Assembly: GCF_006345805.1 (NCBI RefSeq)
Contig: NW_021823611.1
Span: 1 to 21,768 of the forward strand
Direction of reading: 5' to 3'
DNA length: 21,768 nucleotides
From: Octopus sinensis
Lineage: Eukaryota
Shown: positions 1 through 9,558 of the stretch, piece after piece
How positions within the stretch are numbered: position 1 is the stretch's first letter
How the letters are laid out: the number at the start of each line of letters is the position of its first letter
Translations under genes and position numbers: made by a program
The notes under the pieces: model-generated
What the model was told of the DNA's origin: nothing
Databases searched by the model: none
The model's input: only the letters and a program-made list of their open reading frames with translations

Positions 1-975
1 CTGCCATTGGGTCACTGAACTTCAGCATCCTTTTCATCAAACCCATCTCTGTGTCTGGCAGTAGCATATTCCAGTGTTTTAGCAGCACACTGAAGAACCT
101 GGTCTCGAAAATCTGGACAAGCGAGTTTGAAGCTCTTTTCTCAACACAGCATCATATATCTTGTGGACATTCAGATGCCGAGGAATGCTGACTGGCCCTC
201 TTCTCCTTTTCACTCTAATCATCATCCGGAACTTTGCTTGCACCAGACTGTGGTCTGTCCAGCATTCCGATCCATGAAAGGACTTGACATTACAAATGAC
301 ATAGATGTCACGCTTGCGGATGATGACATAATCCAGCAAGTGCCAAACTTTAGACCTAGGATGCATCCATGTTGTTGTGTGATCACCTTTGTGCATAAAA
401 TGAGCACTTGTGATGTAAAGTCCATGTTCATCACAAAACTCCGGCAGCATGAGACCATTACTATTCTTTTCCCTACACCAAAACGTCCTAAAGAGTTCCA
501 TGTTTGCCAGTCTGTTCCAACCCTGTCATTGAAATTCCTTTATCAGAATCGGGGATTTTCCTAAGTATGGCTCTCAGCTGGGTACAGAAAATAGTTTTAG
601 CTTCATCACAACTAGTCAAAGTAGGTTCATAGGCACCTCTTAGAGTAGCAAACTGTCCACCTTTCAGGTGCAATTGTAGAGTCATTAGACGTTCATTTAT
701 AGGAACAGGAAGCTCCTCCAACTTCTTTAAGATTTCAGATCAAACTGCAAAGCCAACACCAGCCTCTCTGTGCTCCCCCTTCTGCCTCCCCTTCCAAGAA
801 AGGTGTATCCACCTCCTACTTCCTCAAGCTGACCATCACCTTCTGTACGGGTCTCTGAAAGTGCAGCTATATCAATGTTATAATGGTTCAGCTTGCAAGT
901 GGTGCATCTTTTAGGCCTATAGTCACTCTTGTTATCCAACAGGGTACGCACATTCCAACATGAAATGTTCAAGTT
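1..975 (-). mobile_element. RTE-clade (BovB-like) LINE remnant, APE endonuclease domain, frameshifted; continues off the left edge
   Basis: Consecutive minus-strand ORF pieces give APE motifs in order: NISCWNVRTLLD..IDIAALSETR..GQLEEVGGGYTF (727-972), INERLMTLQL..GAYEPT (488-721), NSNGLML..TTWMHPRSKVWHLLDYVI..ECWTDHSLV (79-501), then RHRDGFDEKDAEV (about 15-60). Multiple frameshifts. Confidence 0.93.
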
Positions 976-1329
976 CCATCCAGATTTTGTAAATAAAAGT
1001 CTCTTTGTTTTTCAAGTGCCAGGTGGACATCCATCAGTCATGCTAAACTGACCAGATATAGAAAGACAGGCAATTTTTAGTTCACCTTTTCTAGAACCTC
1101 CCCAGCCTCCAGGTGAGCACTGCCCTCCCCAAATGGAGCTACTCAGACACCCATGCAGCAACTGAATCCTACCACTGTCTTGGGCAACAAGGAGATGACT
1201 TTATATCTAGCATGGGCTGCCTATGTGCAGGTCGCTGACTTCATGCGTCCAACCTGTCAGATCTGCATGCTTCACCACCTTCCCATCACCGCAAGACTTC
1301 CAAATAAAAATATATAAATATGTACTAAA

Positions 1330-1368
<39 letters not shown>

Positions 1369-1650
1369 CGGGGTGGGGAGTGCATATCAAGCACGGGTCA
1401 GCAAAGCCTGTGCAAAGTTTTAGGTCCAATAAGGGTTGCACAACACCTCATAGACCCTCTCCACTTTATTGACATTATCCAGAGACAAACCAGAGCAAGA
1501 TGTCTGCTGCCATTATGGGTCACAGGCTCAGGAATGTGAGAGCACCATGATCTCTAGCACAAACCAAAAATCCCTAAAATGTCCAATGCTATTCCCTGCA
1601 TATCTGGTTTTACATCAGAGTGACTTTCTCCTAGAGACATGCATCAACAG
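976..1650 (-). mobile_element. Probable 5' UTR of the same RTE element, interrupted by (TA)n
   Basis: Lies directly upstream of the endonuclease start on the minus strand and resembles recalled BovB-like 5' UTRs (ttcaccttttctag..ggtgagcactg; agttttaggt..gttgcacaac). Boundary approximate. Confidence 0.5.
1332..1366. repeat. (TA)n microsatellite
   Basis: Direct reading. Confidence 0.97.
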
Positions 1651-1867
1651 AAGCTGAGGGGTGCCTCACTCCCAGTGGTCTTTCAGCATGCCGGACATCA
1701 TCCCGGAATTTCTGCATATTAATAAATTCACTCTCATTATTTTTGTTCTTGCTGCTCCACAGTATGGGGGAAATAACTGGTATTTCCACTTCCTTATTAA
1801 GTCTAATGTTACTCACATATCCTCCATTGGTCACTTCACAGATTCCTATTTCCACACCTTCTCCATA

Positions 1868-2595
1868 GCCTCATCTGTCTCTCTTGCAGGTCAGAATTTC
1901 CAAGTTATTGACTGCTTCACTTGTCTTGGCAGGAAAATTCACAGTGACATCAGCCATGATCCTGAAGTCTTGAATAGACTTGGACGAACTGGTGCAGGTG
2001 TCAACTCGTTGAACAAGGGTGTTTGTAGAACAAAGATTTGGGTCTTTAGGACCCTGGTTCTCCCTGTCCTGCTCTATAGTTGTGAGATTTATGTACCTTC
2101 CAGGGCCTTAAGAAGCCACTTGAACTCCTTTGGTACCAGGATGCATTACAGGTCTATGCATCACCATTGGTCAGATTTTGTATTCAACCAATGACGCTTC
2201 TCAAACTGGAATGTGTCCTGTTGCTTGTATGATTCAGGTGCGGGCGCTCCCAGCTCAGACAGGTTGGCCATGTTGCTCAATTTCCTGAGTTAGGCCAACA
2301 TTTAACTTCAGTCCTTAAACCCTTTAGCATTTAGGCTACTTTGTCAAATATAATGCTTATTTATTCACGTTTTATAAACTCAAGTTAGACCCTGCAGTCT
2401 TCTCTTCACTGAAGAGCTGGCTGGATCAATGGCTCGTGTTGGTCAGCCACATCTCATCTGGTCATGGCAGATGAAGTGAGATCTCATGGAGATGGAGACC
2501 AACTGGGACACTGCTTAACTGGTTGCCTGGGAGGACCTGGGAATATACAAACAAACGGTGAGTGGTGTATGACCCTCTCCATCTGACTTGACCTC
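1868..2595 (+). mobile_element. 5'-truncated RTE-clade LINE: C-terminal post-RT region plus 3' end
   Basis: VSLAGQNFQVIDCFTCLG..EVLNRLGR..RTKIWVFRTLVLPVLLYSCE..LNSFGT..WSDFVFN matches the RTE motif FTYLGS..RIG..KxxVFRxLVLPVLLYGCETW. It continues GHVAQFPELDPA and ends in a ctgacttgacct-type tail at about 2584-2595. Confidence 0.88.
2294..2382. mobile_element. 89-bp insertion inside the RTE remnant, flanked by duplicated AGTTAG
   Basis: AGTTAG at 2288-2293 and 2383-2388. Removing the insert and one copy restores F-P-E-L-D-P-A. Contains ttaaaccctttagcatt, a piggyBac-MITE-like end. Confidence 0.6.
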
Positions 2596-2796
2596 CATGG
2601 CCGAAGAATAAATAATTTATTTTAGAAAACACATTTTTGATGAACAATGGTAGTTTATGGTAAAGAAGATTTTTTTCTATGCAATGGGATCGAAATGACA
2701 ATAAAGGATTAGAAGTTGGTGAAAATTAAGTCAGCCAGTCAAAATAATATTTGAAATCTAAGAAATATTACAAAGTTATTAAAATCAGTAAAGTTT

Positions 2797-3115
2797 CTGG
2801 CACTCCATCCGTTAACGAGGGTTCCAGTTGATCCGGTCAACAGAACAGCCTGCTCATGAAATTAACGTGCAAGTGGCTGAGCACTCCACAGACACATATG
2901 CCCTTAATATAGTCCTCAGGGAGATTCAGCACAACACAGAGGGGGCAAGGCTGGCCCTGTTGAATTACAGGTACAACTCACTTTTGCCAGCTGAGTGGAC
3001 TGGAGCAACATGAAATAAAGTGTCTTACTCAAGGACACAATGCATCACTAGGAATCGAACTTATGACCTTATGACTATGAACCAAATGCCTTAACCACTA
3101 AGCCATGTGCCTTCA
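2797..3115 (-). mobile_element. tRNA-derived SINE, family A, near full length
   Basis: Minus head has A box TGGCTTAGTGG and B box AGTTCGATTCC, followed by the core GTGTCCTTGAGTAAGACACTT. Colinear with 11015-11337. Confidence 0.9.
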
Positions 3116-3189
3116 TCAATAAAGTTTATGAAAACATGGAATGGGTTGGTGAGAGGAGCAGACTTTACTCACCATCTCTCAGTGTTGGT

Positions 3190-3240
3190 TTGTTCTACAG
3201 CTGGATGCTCTTCCTGTCACCAACCACTTTACAGTGTCCT
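3190..3240 (-). mobile_element. Fragment of the RTE-tail-type short retroposon
   Basis: tacagctggatgctcttcctgtcaccaaccac matches 17567-17600 and the reverse complement of 19690-19720. Confidence 0.7.
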
Positions 3241-3389
3241 GGGGTAGATTTCATGGTGGCAGCATCACAGGAGGGGTTGTCATGTAATAAGTCATTAGCG
3301 TAAAGGATCTTCATAACTGTGAGAGTGAAGGGATTGAAGGGAAGAGCAGAGTTTTCATCTTTTGAAAGGGTCAGTCCTTGAGGAGAAAA

Positions 3390-3578
3390 ACCCTATTAAT
3401 GATAGAGAAATCTCCCTTTTCCCTTAAATCATACTTTACTGTCCTAAGAACTGACACATTAGTTAATGTAATCCTAGATACACTATGTCTGAATAAAAGA
3501 TGGGATGGTCATGGCTGGAACATCTTTGATCATATGTCCATCTGGATCAGGACTGAACCAGAGGCTAAATATCAACAA
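3390..3578 (+). repeat. Interspersed repeat family D, plus copy
   Basis: gacacattag..tcctagata..gaataaaagatgggatggtcatggctggaacatctttgat..gctaaa recurs at 13920-14040 and inverted at 3601-3682. Confidence 0.75.
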
Positions 3579-3589
3579 GGAAAGGCAGC

Positions 3590-3765
3590 TCCAACTGACC
3601 TATAACTAAAGATATTCCAGCTGTGACCATCCCATCTTTTATTCAGACATTTTGTATCTAAGACTACATTATCTAATGTGTCCTCCGGTATTTCACAGTC
3701 AGGTTTATTTTGAAGGACATTTTGCTTCTATTTCCAGCAGGTCTAGTGATTGTAGAAACTCCTAC
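3590..3765 (-). repeat. Interspersed repeat family D, minus copy (tail-to-tail with the previous copy)
   Basis: 3601-3682 is the reverse complement of 3453-3534 (71/82 matches by my count). Looser similarity extends outward. Confidence 0.75.
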
Positions 3766-3871
3766 ATGTGGTGTTTGTGATCAGATGACCAGGATGTGTG
3801 CGAGGTGGGTGGTGTTGTGAAGGTTGTGTGTATATACATGTGGTGATACACTGGTGTGTAAAATGTGTATT

Positions 3872-3895
3872 TGTGTGTGTGTGTGAGTGTGTGTA

Positions 3896-3951
<56 letters not shown>
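3872..3951. repeat. Compound (TG)n(TA)n microsatellite
   Basis: Direct reading. Confidence 0.95.
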
Positions 3952-4189
3952 CAGACATGGTTATACACAAGTTAGTGCACACATGTCTATATGGGAACGA
4001 GGGTGTATAGTATGTCTATGTTAAATACCAGTGTGTGTACACGTGTATGTGTATAGAGGATGTATATATGTGTGGTTGCACACTAGTGTGTATGTGTGCG
4101 AGAGTGTGTGTGTGTGTGCATGTGCACACTTACGCACCGACACAGAAATATGTGCTTATCGTGTCCGTGTTCAAGTTGCTTGTCTGTGA

Positions 4190-4615
4190 CTTCGCCTCTC
4201 TTGCTCTGCCATTTCCACCATTTCTACAACTACATCACAGCCATTGTGTCATCACTGCTGTTCCTCCCCCTCCGCTATCACCACCACCACCACCATCATA
4301 TAACCTCCCCCCCACTATTTTCATCATTCTACCTCTTCCCACTCCCCCTACACTCAGCATCTCTCACTATCCTCTATCTCTTCCTACTCCTCCTCATACA
4401 CACACACACCCAGCATCTCTCATTCTCTTCTATCTCTCAATCATCAGCCACTTTCTCACCAGCTGCACCTCTGCCTGATCCTCTCTCACTGCTACCACTG
4501 CATTATCTTAATCTCTTCCTGTAACCCAATGTCATCATCTGTATACTTTCAATTCTGCCACCTCCCTCATTAATCTCTCCTCTTCCTACTCCTCTCTCCT
4601 GTCACACTGCTACTC
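4190..4615. repeat. Pyrimidine-rich low-complexity tract with (CCA)n
   Basis: C/T-dominated plus strand. Produces spurious Pro/Leu/His-rich ORFs. Confidence 0.85.
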
Positions 4616-4923
4616 TGTGGGATGTGGAGCAGCAATCTGGTTGCTATGAAAACCATCAGCAATTAAAATGCTCTGCATCTAAACAGTTTACACACACACG
4701 CATTTGTGCATATTCATGTATAATTAGTTAAGACGAAGTGCTATATATATATATACCTATATATGTGTATGTATATAATTAGTTAAACCTGTGTGCAATT
4801 GTATGCATTCAGACAACGGGCATTGACTGAAAAATGGACTCAATACAAGTGCACAGTGTAATGCTGATAGCAACTTTGAAGTTTCCACTTGATATATGAC
4901 TTGGTCGCTCCCCCTGCCCAGAG

Positions 4924-4972
4924 TTTGTGTGTGTGTGTGTGTGTGCATATATATATATATATATATATAATT

Positions 4973-5010
<38 letters not shown>

Positions 5011-5043
5011 ATTTGTGTGTGTGTGTATATATATATATATATG
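4924..5043. repeat. Three tandem units of TTT(GT)n(AT)nAA compound microsatellite
   Basis: Units start at about 4924, 4971 and 5012, joined by the same aattt junction. Confidence 0.9.
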
Positions 5044-5254
5044 TATATTAAGTATGCACATGTTTGCATATTTAGGTATATATATATTTATATACATGTA
5101 TACACACATGTGTATGCATACATATATTTATATTCTTAAGTTAATAATTATAAAAATATAATTATAATTAAGAGTGCTGGAATGCCAACGCCTATACACT
5201 AGAACTAGATGTCAAACAAATATCTACAACCCACTCTAAATTTATAAATAAGTG

Positions 5255-5296
<42 letters not shown>

Positions 5297-5298
<2 letters not shown>

Positions 5299-5365
5299 TA
5301 TAGCCTCGGGTCGACCAAAGCCTTGTGAGTGGATTTGGTAGACGGAAACTGAAAGATGCCCATCG

Positions 5366-5370
<5 letters not shown>
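5297..5370 (+). mobile_element. SINE family B internal fragment between (TA)n runs
   Basis: actatagcctcgggtcgaccaaagccttgtgagtggatttggtagacggaaact matches 8135-8190. Confidence 0.9.
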
Positions 5371-5400
<30 letters not shown>

Positions 5401-5768
5401 ACAATTGCAGCATGGAAGGTGTTTATAAGCCATTTAAGAAACACACAAAAACCGTTAGATTCACTTCAACATTTATATTTTAATTTGTCAAAATATTTTT
5501 GTCACTTTGAGACTGCAACCTCTTCACCGACAAAATTCTGAAGTGAATCTAACTGTTTTTGTGTGTTTCTTAAATGGCTTATAAACACCTTCCACGCTGC
5601 AATTGTTTTCGTTCCAGCACATGATCTCAGATCAGGTCACTTGCTATGCAAGTACATCTCTGTAATATATAATGGCTTATAAACACCTTCCACGCTACAA
5701 TTGTTTTCGTTCCAGCACACAATCTCAGATCAGGTCATTTGCTATGCAAGTACATCTCTGTAATATAT
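5401..5768. mobile_element. Penelope-like terminal repeat (pLTR) remnant with inverted and tandem duplications
   Basis: 68-bp inverted repeat (5401-5468 / 5539-5606, 2 mismatches) plus a 98-bp tandem duplication (5573-5670 / 5671-5768), embedded in (TA)n. This architecture is typical of PLE ends; the PLE assignment is inferred. Confidence 0.65.
5484..5534 (-). ncRNA. Degenerate minimal type I hammerhead-ribozyme-like motif, probably inactive
   Basis: Minus strand reads TTTGTCG-GTGAAGA-G-GTTGC-agtctcaaa-GTGAC-AAAA-ATAT-TT-TGACAAA: stem I, CUGANGA-like core, stem II, GAAA position, palindromic stem III. Both core boxes carry a mismatch. Confidence 0.4.
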
Positions 5769-5966
5769 ATATATATAATATATATATATAAATTCCAAGA
5801 AAGTTAGAGGTTGTGAATCCAACCAACTAAGGGATAATGTCTATCCAAAATACTGCTGGTAGAATACCCAATTATTAATACACAAGTGTTTTTTCATTGC
5901 ATGGCAATTACATTGCCGAGTGTAATAAATAGATGAGGGTAAAGAGATATTTTACCATTAATTTAT

Positions 5967-6280
5967 AGAGCAATAAGAAAATGGAGGGGATCAATAGGAG
6001 GTATTCATCAACTTTTATACTTTATATTATGTCAATTTATTTACTAAAAGGACAATTATAACAATATGCATACATGTATAACATATGCTTTACATATATA
6101 ATATATAAAACATAAAAACATCAGTAATTATTAGAATATATAATATATAGCAATAGAAATCCCAATTATACATGTATGCATATTGTTATAATTGTCCTTT
6201 TAGTAAGTAAATTGACATAATATAATGTCTAAAAGTTGATGAATACCACCTATTGATCCCCTCCATTTTCTTATTGCTCT
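5967..6280. repeat. 115-bp inverted repeat with 84-nt spacer, likely a PLE terminal repeat
   Basis: 5967-6081 vs the reverse complement of 6166-6280: 4 mismatches by my count. Adjacent to the GIY-YIG remnant. Confidence 0.92.
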
Positions 6281-6334
6281 CTCTCTCTCTCTCTCTCTCA
6301 TGTATACACATATATATGTGTATACGTGACAAGG

Positions 6335-6860
6335 ATTTCTTGGGGCAGAGTTGGTATCTCCTGGAAATGATATTATATGGTTTTGCGTGCCTTACTATAG
6401 ACCATATTATGTTATATTCAATTTTCTGAAGGTGCCACTGAAAATTGACCAAAGACGTTGAATGTCTGTTATTGATTTTCTTGAAGCTGGTGACATAGAT
6501 TCTTGAATGAATCAGCTGTTGCCCCAATGTAAATATACGGCCTTCCCCTTGTGTGCACGGTACATTTATATACAAGATTTGTACTCATACAGAGGTTCAA
6601 CAATGGGCATTTTGACTTTTCTCTGCATGAGTATTTATTATACTTATTCATATATATGGCAGTTCTGACTTCATTTTCTGACATTGTAACAATGTCAGCT
6701 ATATCACAATAATTTCTACTATCATGATTTGGCCATATCTGGTGCTTTTCATTGCGGTTTACATCTCTTTTCTTGGTATTTTGATGTATATGTTTGCTAG
6801 TTCCAGTAGATGGGTTATTGAACTGTTGTTTCATTGCATATGCTACTCTAAATTAATAGA
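6335..6860 (-). mobile_element. Penelope-like retroelement, GIY-YIG endonuclease C-terminus (frameshifted)
   Basis: SCREKSKCPLLNLCMSTNLVYKCTV..YIYIGATADSFK, then after a frameshift TSFKKINNRHSTSLVNFQWHL..YNIIWSIVRHAKPY..RRYQLC. Matches the PLE pattern CxCR..CPL..C..VYK..YIG.T..FK.R..SF..ST.L..W..W.I..A.PY..C.LC. Confidence 0.9.
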
Positions 6861-7148
6861 ATTAGTGTAAGATATATTAAACACATATGTATGGCTAGCA
6901 ATTAAAAACCCAAAAGGAATTAATAACTCAAGGGAGCAAAATAGTATTAGTGATTGCTAAAAATAAAAGTCAAAACATCAACTCTGAGAGCCACAAAGAG
7001 ACACTAATCTCAGTTATGTTTATGGGGAGCAGGCACAGCAAACTAAAATGATCTTTCCCTTGTGAGATGGACTCACAAAATAAAATGTGTAATATATCTT
7101 AATATATTAATATATTATTGTAGTATCTTCTTGTATTGATAATATACA

Positions 7149-7191
<43 letters not shown>

Positions 7192-7193
<2 letters not shown>

Positions 7194-7415
7194 GTGATCC
7201 CTCACCATATTGCAGTTCACCTATCGCGGTTTATTATTTTAAGCTTACGTTGATTCCTGTGGTGTTGTTTTGAATTTATAATAAAATAAATATATACAAA
7301 TTATAAAAATAATGAAAAAAATATACAGTACAGTACTGTTTCTATTTCACAGATTTTCACCTATTGAGGGGGTGGAGGGTGGAATGTAACACCTGCGATA
7401 ATCGAGGGATTACTG
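7192..7415. mobile_element. Tc1/mariner-superfamily (Tigger/pogo-like) MITE, 224 bp
   Basis: Left end CAGTGATCCCTCACCATATTGCAG vs right end reverse complement CAGTAATCCCTCGATTATCGCAG. Inserted in (TA)n, with TA on the right flank. Confidence 0.8.
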
Positions 7416-7499
7416 TATATATATATATATATGTTTGTAACTGAAGAATTCCATCATAAAAGTGGAGTCCTTCATTTGCGATCCTTATAGAAAATCTGG

Positions 7500-7651
7500 C
7501 CCAACCCTGAGGAAATATTACTTGGCAACAGGTGAAGGTTGGTGACAGAGAAGGCATCTAAGCATAGAATATCTGCTTCAATGAAATGCATCTTGCCCAT
7601 GTAAGCATGGAAAAGTGGATGTTAAATAACGAAAGTGATGATGATGATGAT
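7500..7651 (+). mobile_element. RTE-tail-type retroposon 3' end with (GAT)n tail
   Basis: ggttggtgacagagaaggcatc..cccatgtaagcatggaaaagtggatgttaa..(gat)n. Homologous to 9316-9420, 17085-17228 and 19690-19828. Confidence 0.8.
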
Positions 7652-7662
7652 ACGTGTATTTA

Positions 7663-7695
<33 letters not shown>

Positions 7696-8046
7696 ACCCA
7701 CCCATATTCTACCCAACTGACTTTGTTCTCCACTGCCTTATTTTATGGTCACTGCGTCCCTGTTTAATACAATTACAAGCAACACACCCTGCAAAATACC
7801 CACCAGTACTACCAGTGACCTCACCCCCATATCAATGTCTCCTGTCACCTCCACCACTGATATCTCTCCACGTCCACCTCCGGTCCCCCCACCACTCATC
7901 ATTAGTTAATGTCTTTCTAATTATGGTTTGTAAGCACTGCCATGTTAATATTATAAGAATTTCCTTAATTGATGTGTGTGTGTGTGTGTGTGAATGTGTA
8001 GATACATACTACTGTGTGTGTGTATACATATTTATATATACATACA

Positions 8047-8460
8047 GGCATCGTTGTGTGGTAAGAAGCTTCCTTCCTAATCACAAGGTTCCAGGTTCAG
8101 TCCCACTGCATAGCACTTTGTGCTAGTGCCTTCTACTATAGCCTCGAGCCGACCAAAGCCTTGTGAGTGGACTTGGTAGACAGAAACTAAAAGAAAACTG
8201 CCGTATTCATATATACATATATACATACACATATATATATATATATATATAATATAAAGTATGTGTGTGTCTGTGTTTGTCCCCCCTTTATCACTTGATA
8301 ACTGATCTTGGTGTGTTTAGGTTCCCGTAAATTAGCAGTTCGGCAAAAGAGACTGATGGATTAAGTACTAGGCTTACAAAGAATAAGTTTGGGGGTCAGT
8401 TTCTTCAACTAAAGGCTCCAATAGGGCCGCAGTCAAATGACTGAAACAAATAAAAGAATA
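8047..8460 (+). mobile_element. tRNA-derived SINE family B, full length, with internal (TA)/(TG) microsatellite
   Basis: Head tgtgtggtaagaag..ggttcagtccc (A/B boxes). Body shared with 5297-5370; 3' half shared inverted with 10753-10975; A-rich end. Confidence 0.88.
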
Positions 8461-8545
8461 TATGTGTGTGTGCGTGTTTGTGTACACAATGTGTGTATGC
8501 GCATGTGCACACACGCGCACACACATGCACACACACACACACACA

Positions 8546-9310
8546 CACTGGGTGTTTGGACAAAATATTTGACAGTTTACTTAAAAAACAGGAAACAGTG
8601 TTCCATACAAAAATAAAAGTATTTTAAAAGACCCCAAAATATCATCTAGATTATGGCTGGGAGATAAATTTCCCCAAAGTAGCTCCCCTCTGCCTCCACC
8701 ATGGTGTGAAGACAACTTTGGAAGCTGGCACATGCATTCCTGATTGTATCTTTGGGAAGGTCTTTGAACGTCTCCTTCGTCTTCGTTGTCAGCTCATCCT
8801 TGATGTTGCAGGCAGTGCAGTTAGAGCCTTTCTCAACCGTACCCCACACATAGTAATCCATGGGATTAGAATCAGGAGAATTAAGGAGCCAGACGTTGGG
8901 GCTAAAATTGCAGAAATGCTCTGACTACCACTTGTAACTCTTTCTGGAGGTATGAAAAGGAGCCAGTCCTGACGCAACACATATGACCTTCAGGTAACAA
9001 CCCTCTCCGGGCAAGGTTTGACAACTGTCCCCAGCAGCCATCTGAAATGACCTATGGCCCTGTTCAAACATTAGGAGAGGAATTCCAACATGCAGAAGCT
9101 GTGTCCCTTCGTGCTGGTCATAACTTTGTAGTCTCCGTTGCAGCTGTCCATGTCACATCCTACAGCCTTCACAGTGTTCACAAAACATTGAGCTGCTGTT
9201 CAAGATGCTGGCATTTTGATACCTGGTGCCAATCACCAGGATACAGGTAACTCTTTTCCAACATTCAGACGGCGTCCAGTTTTCTATGTCAACTTTAATA
9301 TTTATGCTTT
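8546..9310 (-). mobile_element. Internally deleted Tc1/mariner (DD37D/maT-like) transposon
   Basis: Minus strand: N-terminal ENWTPSECWKR (about 9250-9290) joined to C-terminal YVLRQD..HTSRKS..NVWLLNSPDSNPMDYYVWGTVEK..NACASFQSCLHTMVEAEGSYF. The 3' non-coding region aligns with 16105-16180. Confidence 0.9.
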
Positions 9311-9315
9311 TCTGG

Positions 9316-9420
9316 TAACAAGACGGGCATCCAGCCATAGAAACTCTGCTTCAATAAGCTTCAGCTGACTCATCTAAGCATGGAAAAGCATGGACTTCAT
9401 AATCCCGATTATCATGATGA
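9316..9420 (+). mobile_element. RTE-tail-type retroposon 3' fragment
   Basis: gggcatccagccatagaaactctgc..agcatggaaaagcatggac..gatgat. Confidence 0.75.
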
Positions 9421-9460
9421 TATATACATCCACAAACACACACACATATGCATATGCACG

Positions 9461-9558
9461 TCATCATCATCATTGCTTAATGTCTGCCTTCGATGCTGGC
9501 ATGGGTTGGACGGTTTGTCAGGAGCCTGCACCAGACTTCTCTGTCTGTTTTGGCACAT
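9461..9558 (-). mobile_element. RTE-tail-type retroposon 3' fragment
   Basis: (tca)n..ttaatgtctgccttcgatgctggcatgggttggacggtttg is the reverse complement of the 19775-19825 tail type. Confidence 0.8.

Noticed and set aside
1-2595. Divergent RTE 5' part (minus) and RTE 3' part (plus) as one twin-primed inverted insertion
   Set aside because: The two pieces look like different RTE subfamilies, about 200 bp of unassigned sequence separates them, and the left end and TSD are outside the window.
3453-3682. MITE with long TIRs
   Set aside because: A direct solo copy at 13919-14040 continues into the sequence that forms the loop here, so these are two dispersed repeat copies.
3743-5433. Many ORFs rich in YI/CV/HT/PPP
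   Set aside because: They are translations of (TA)n, (TG)n, (CA)n and C/T-rich tracts, not genes.
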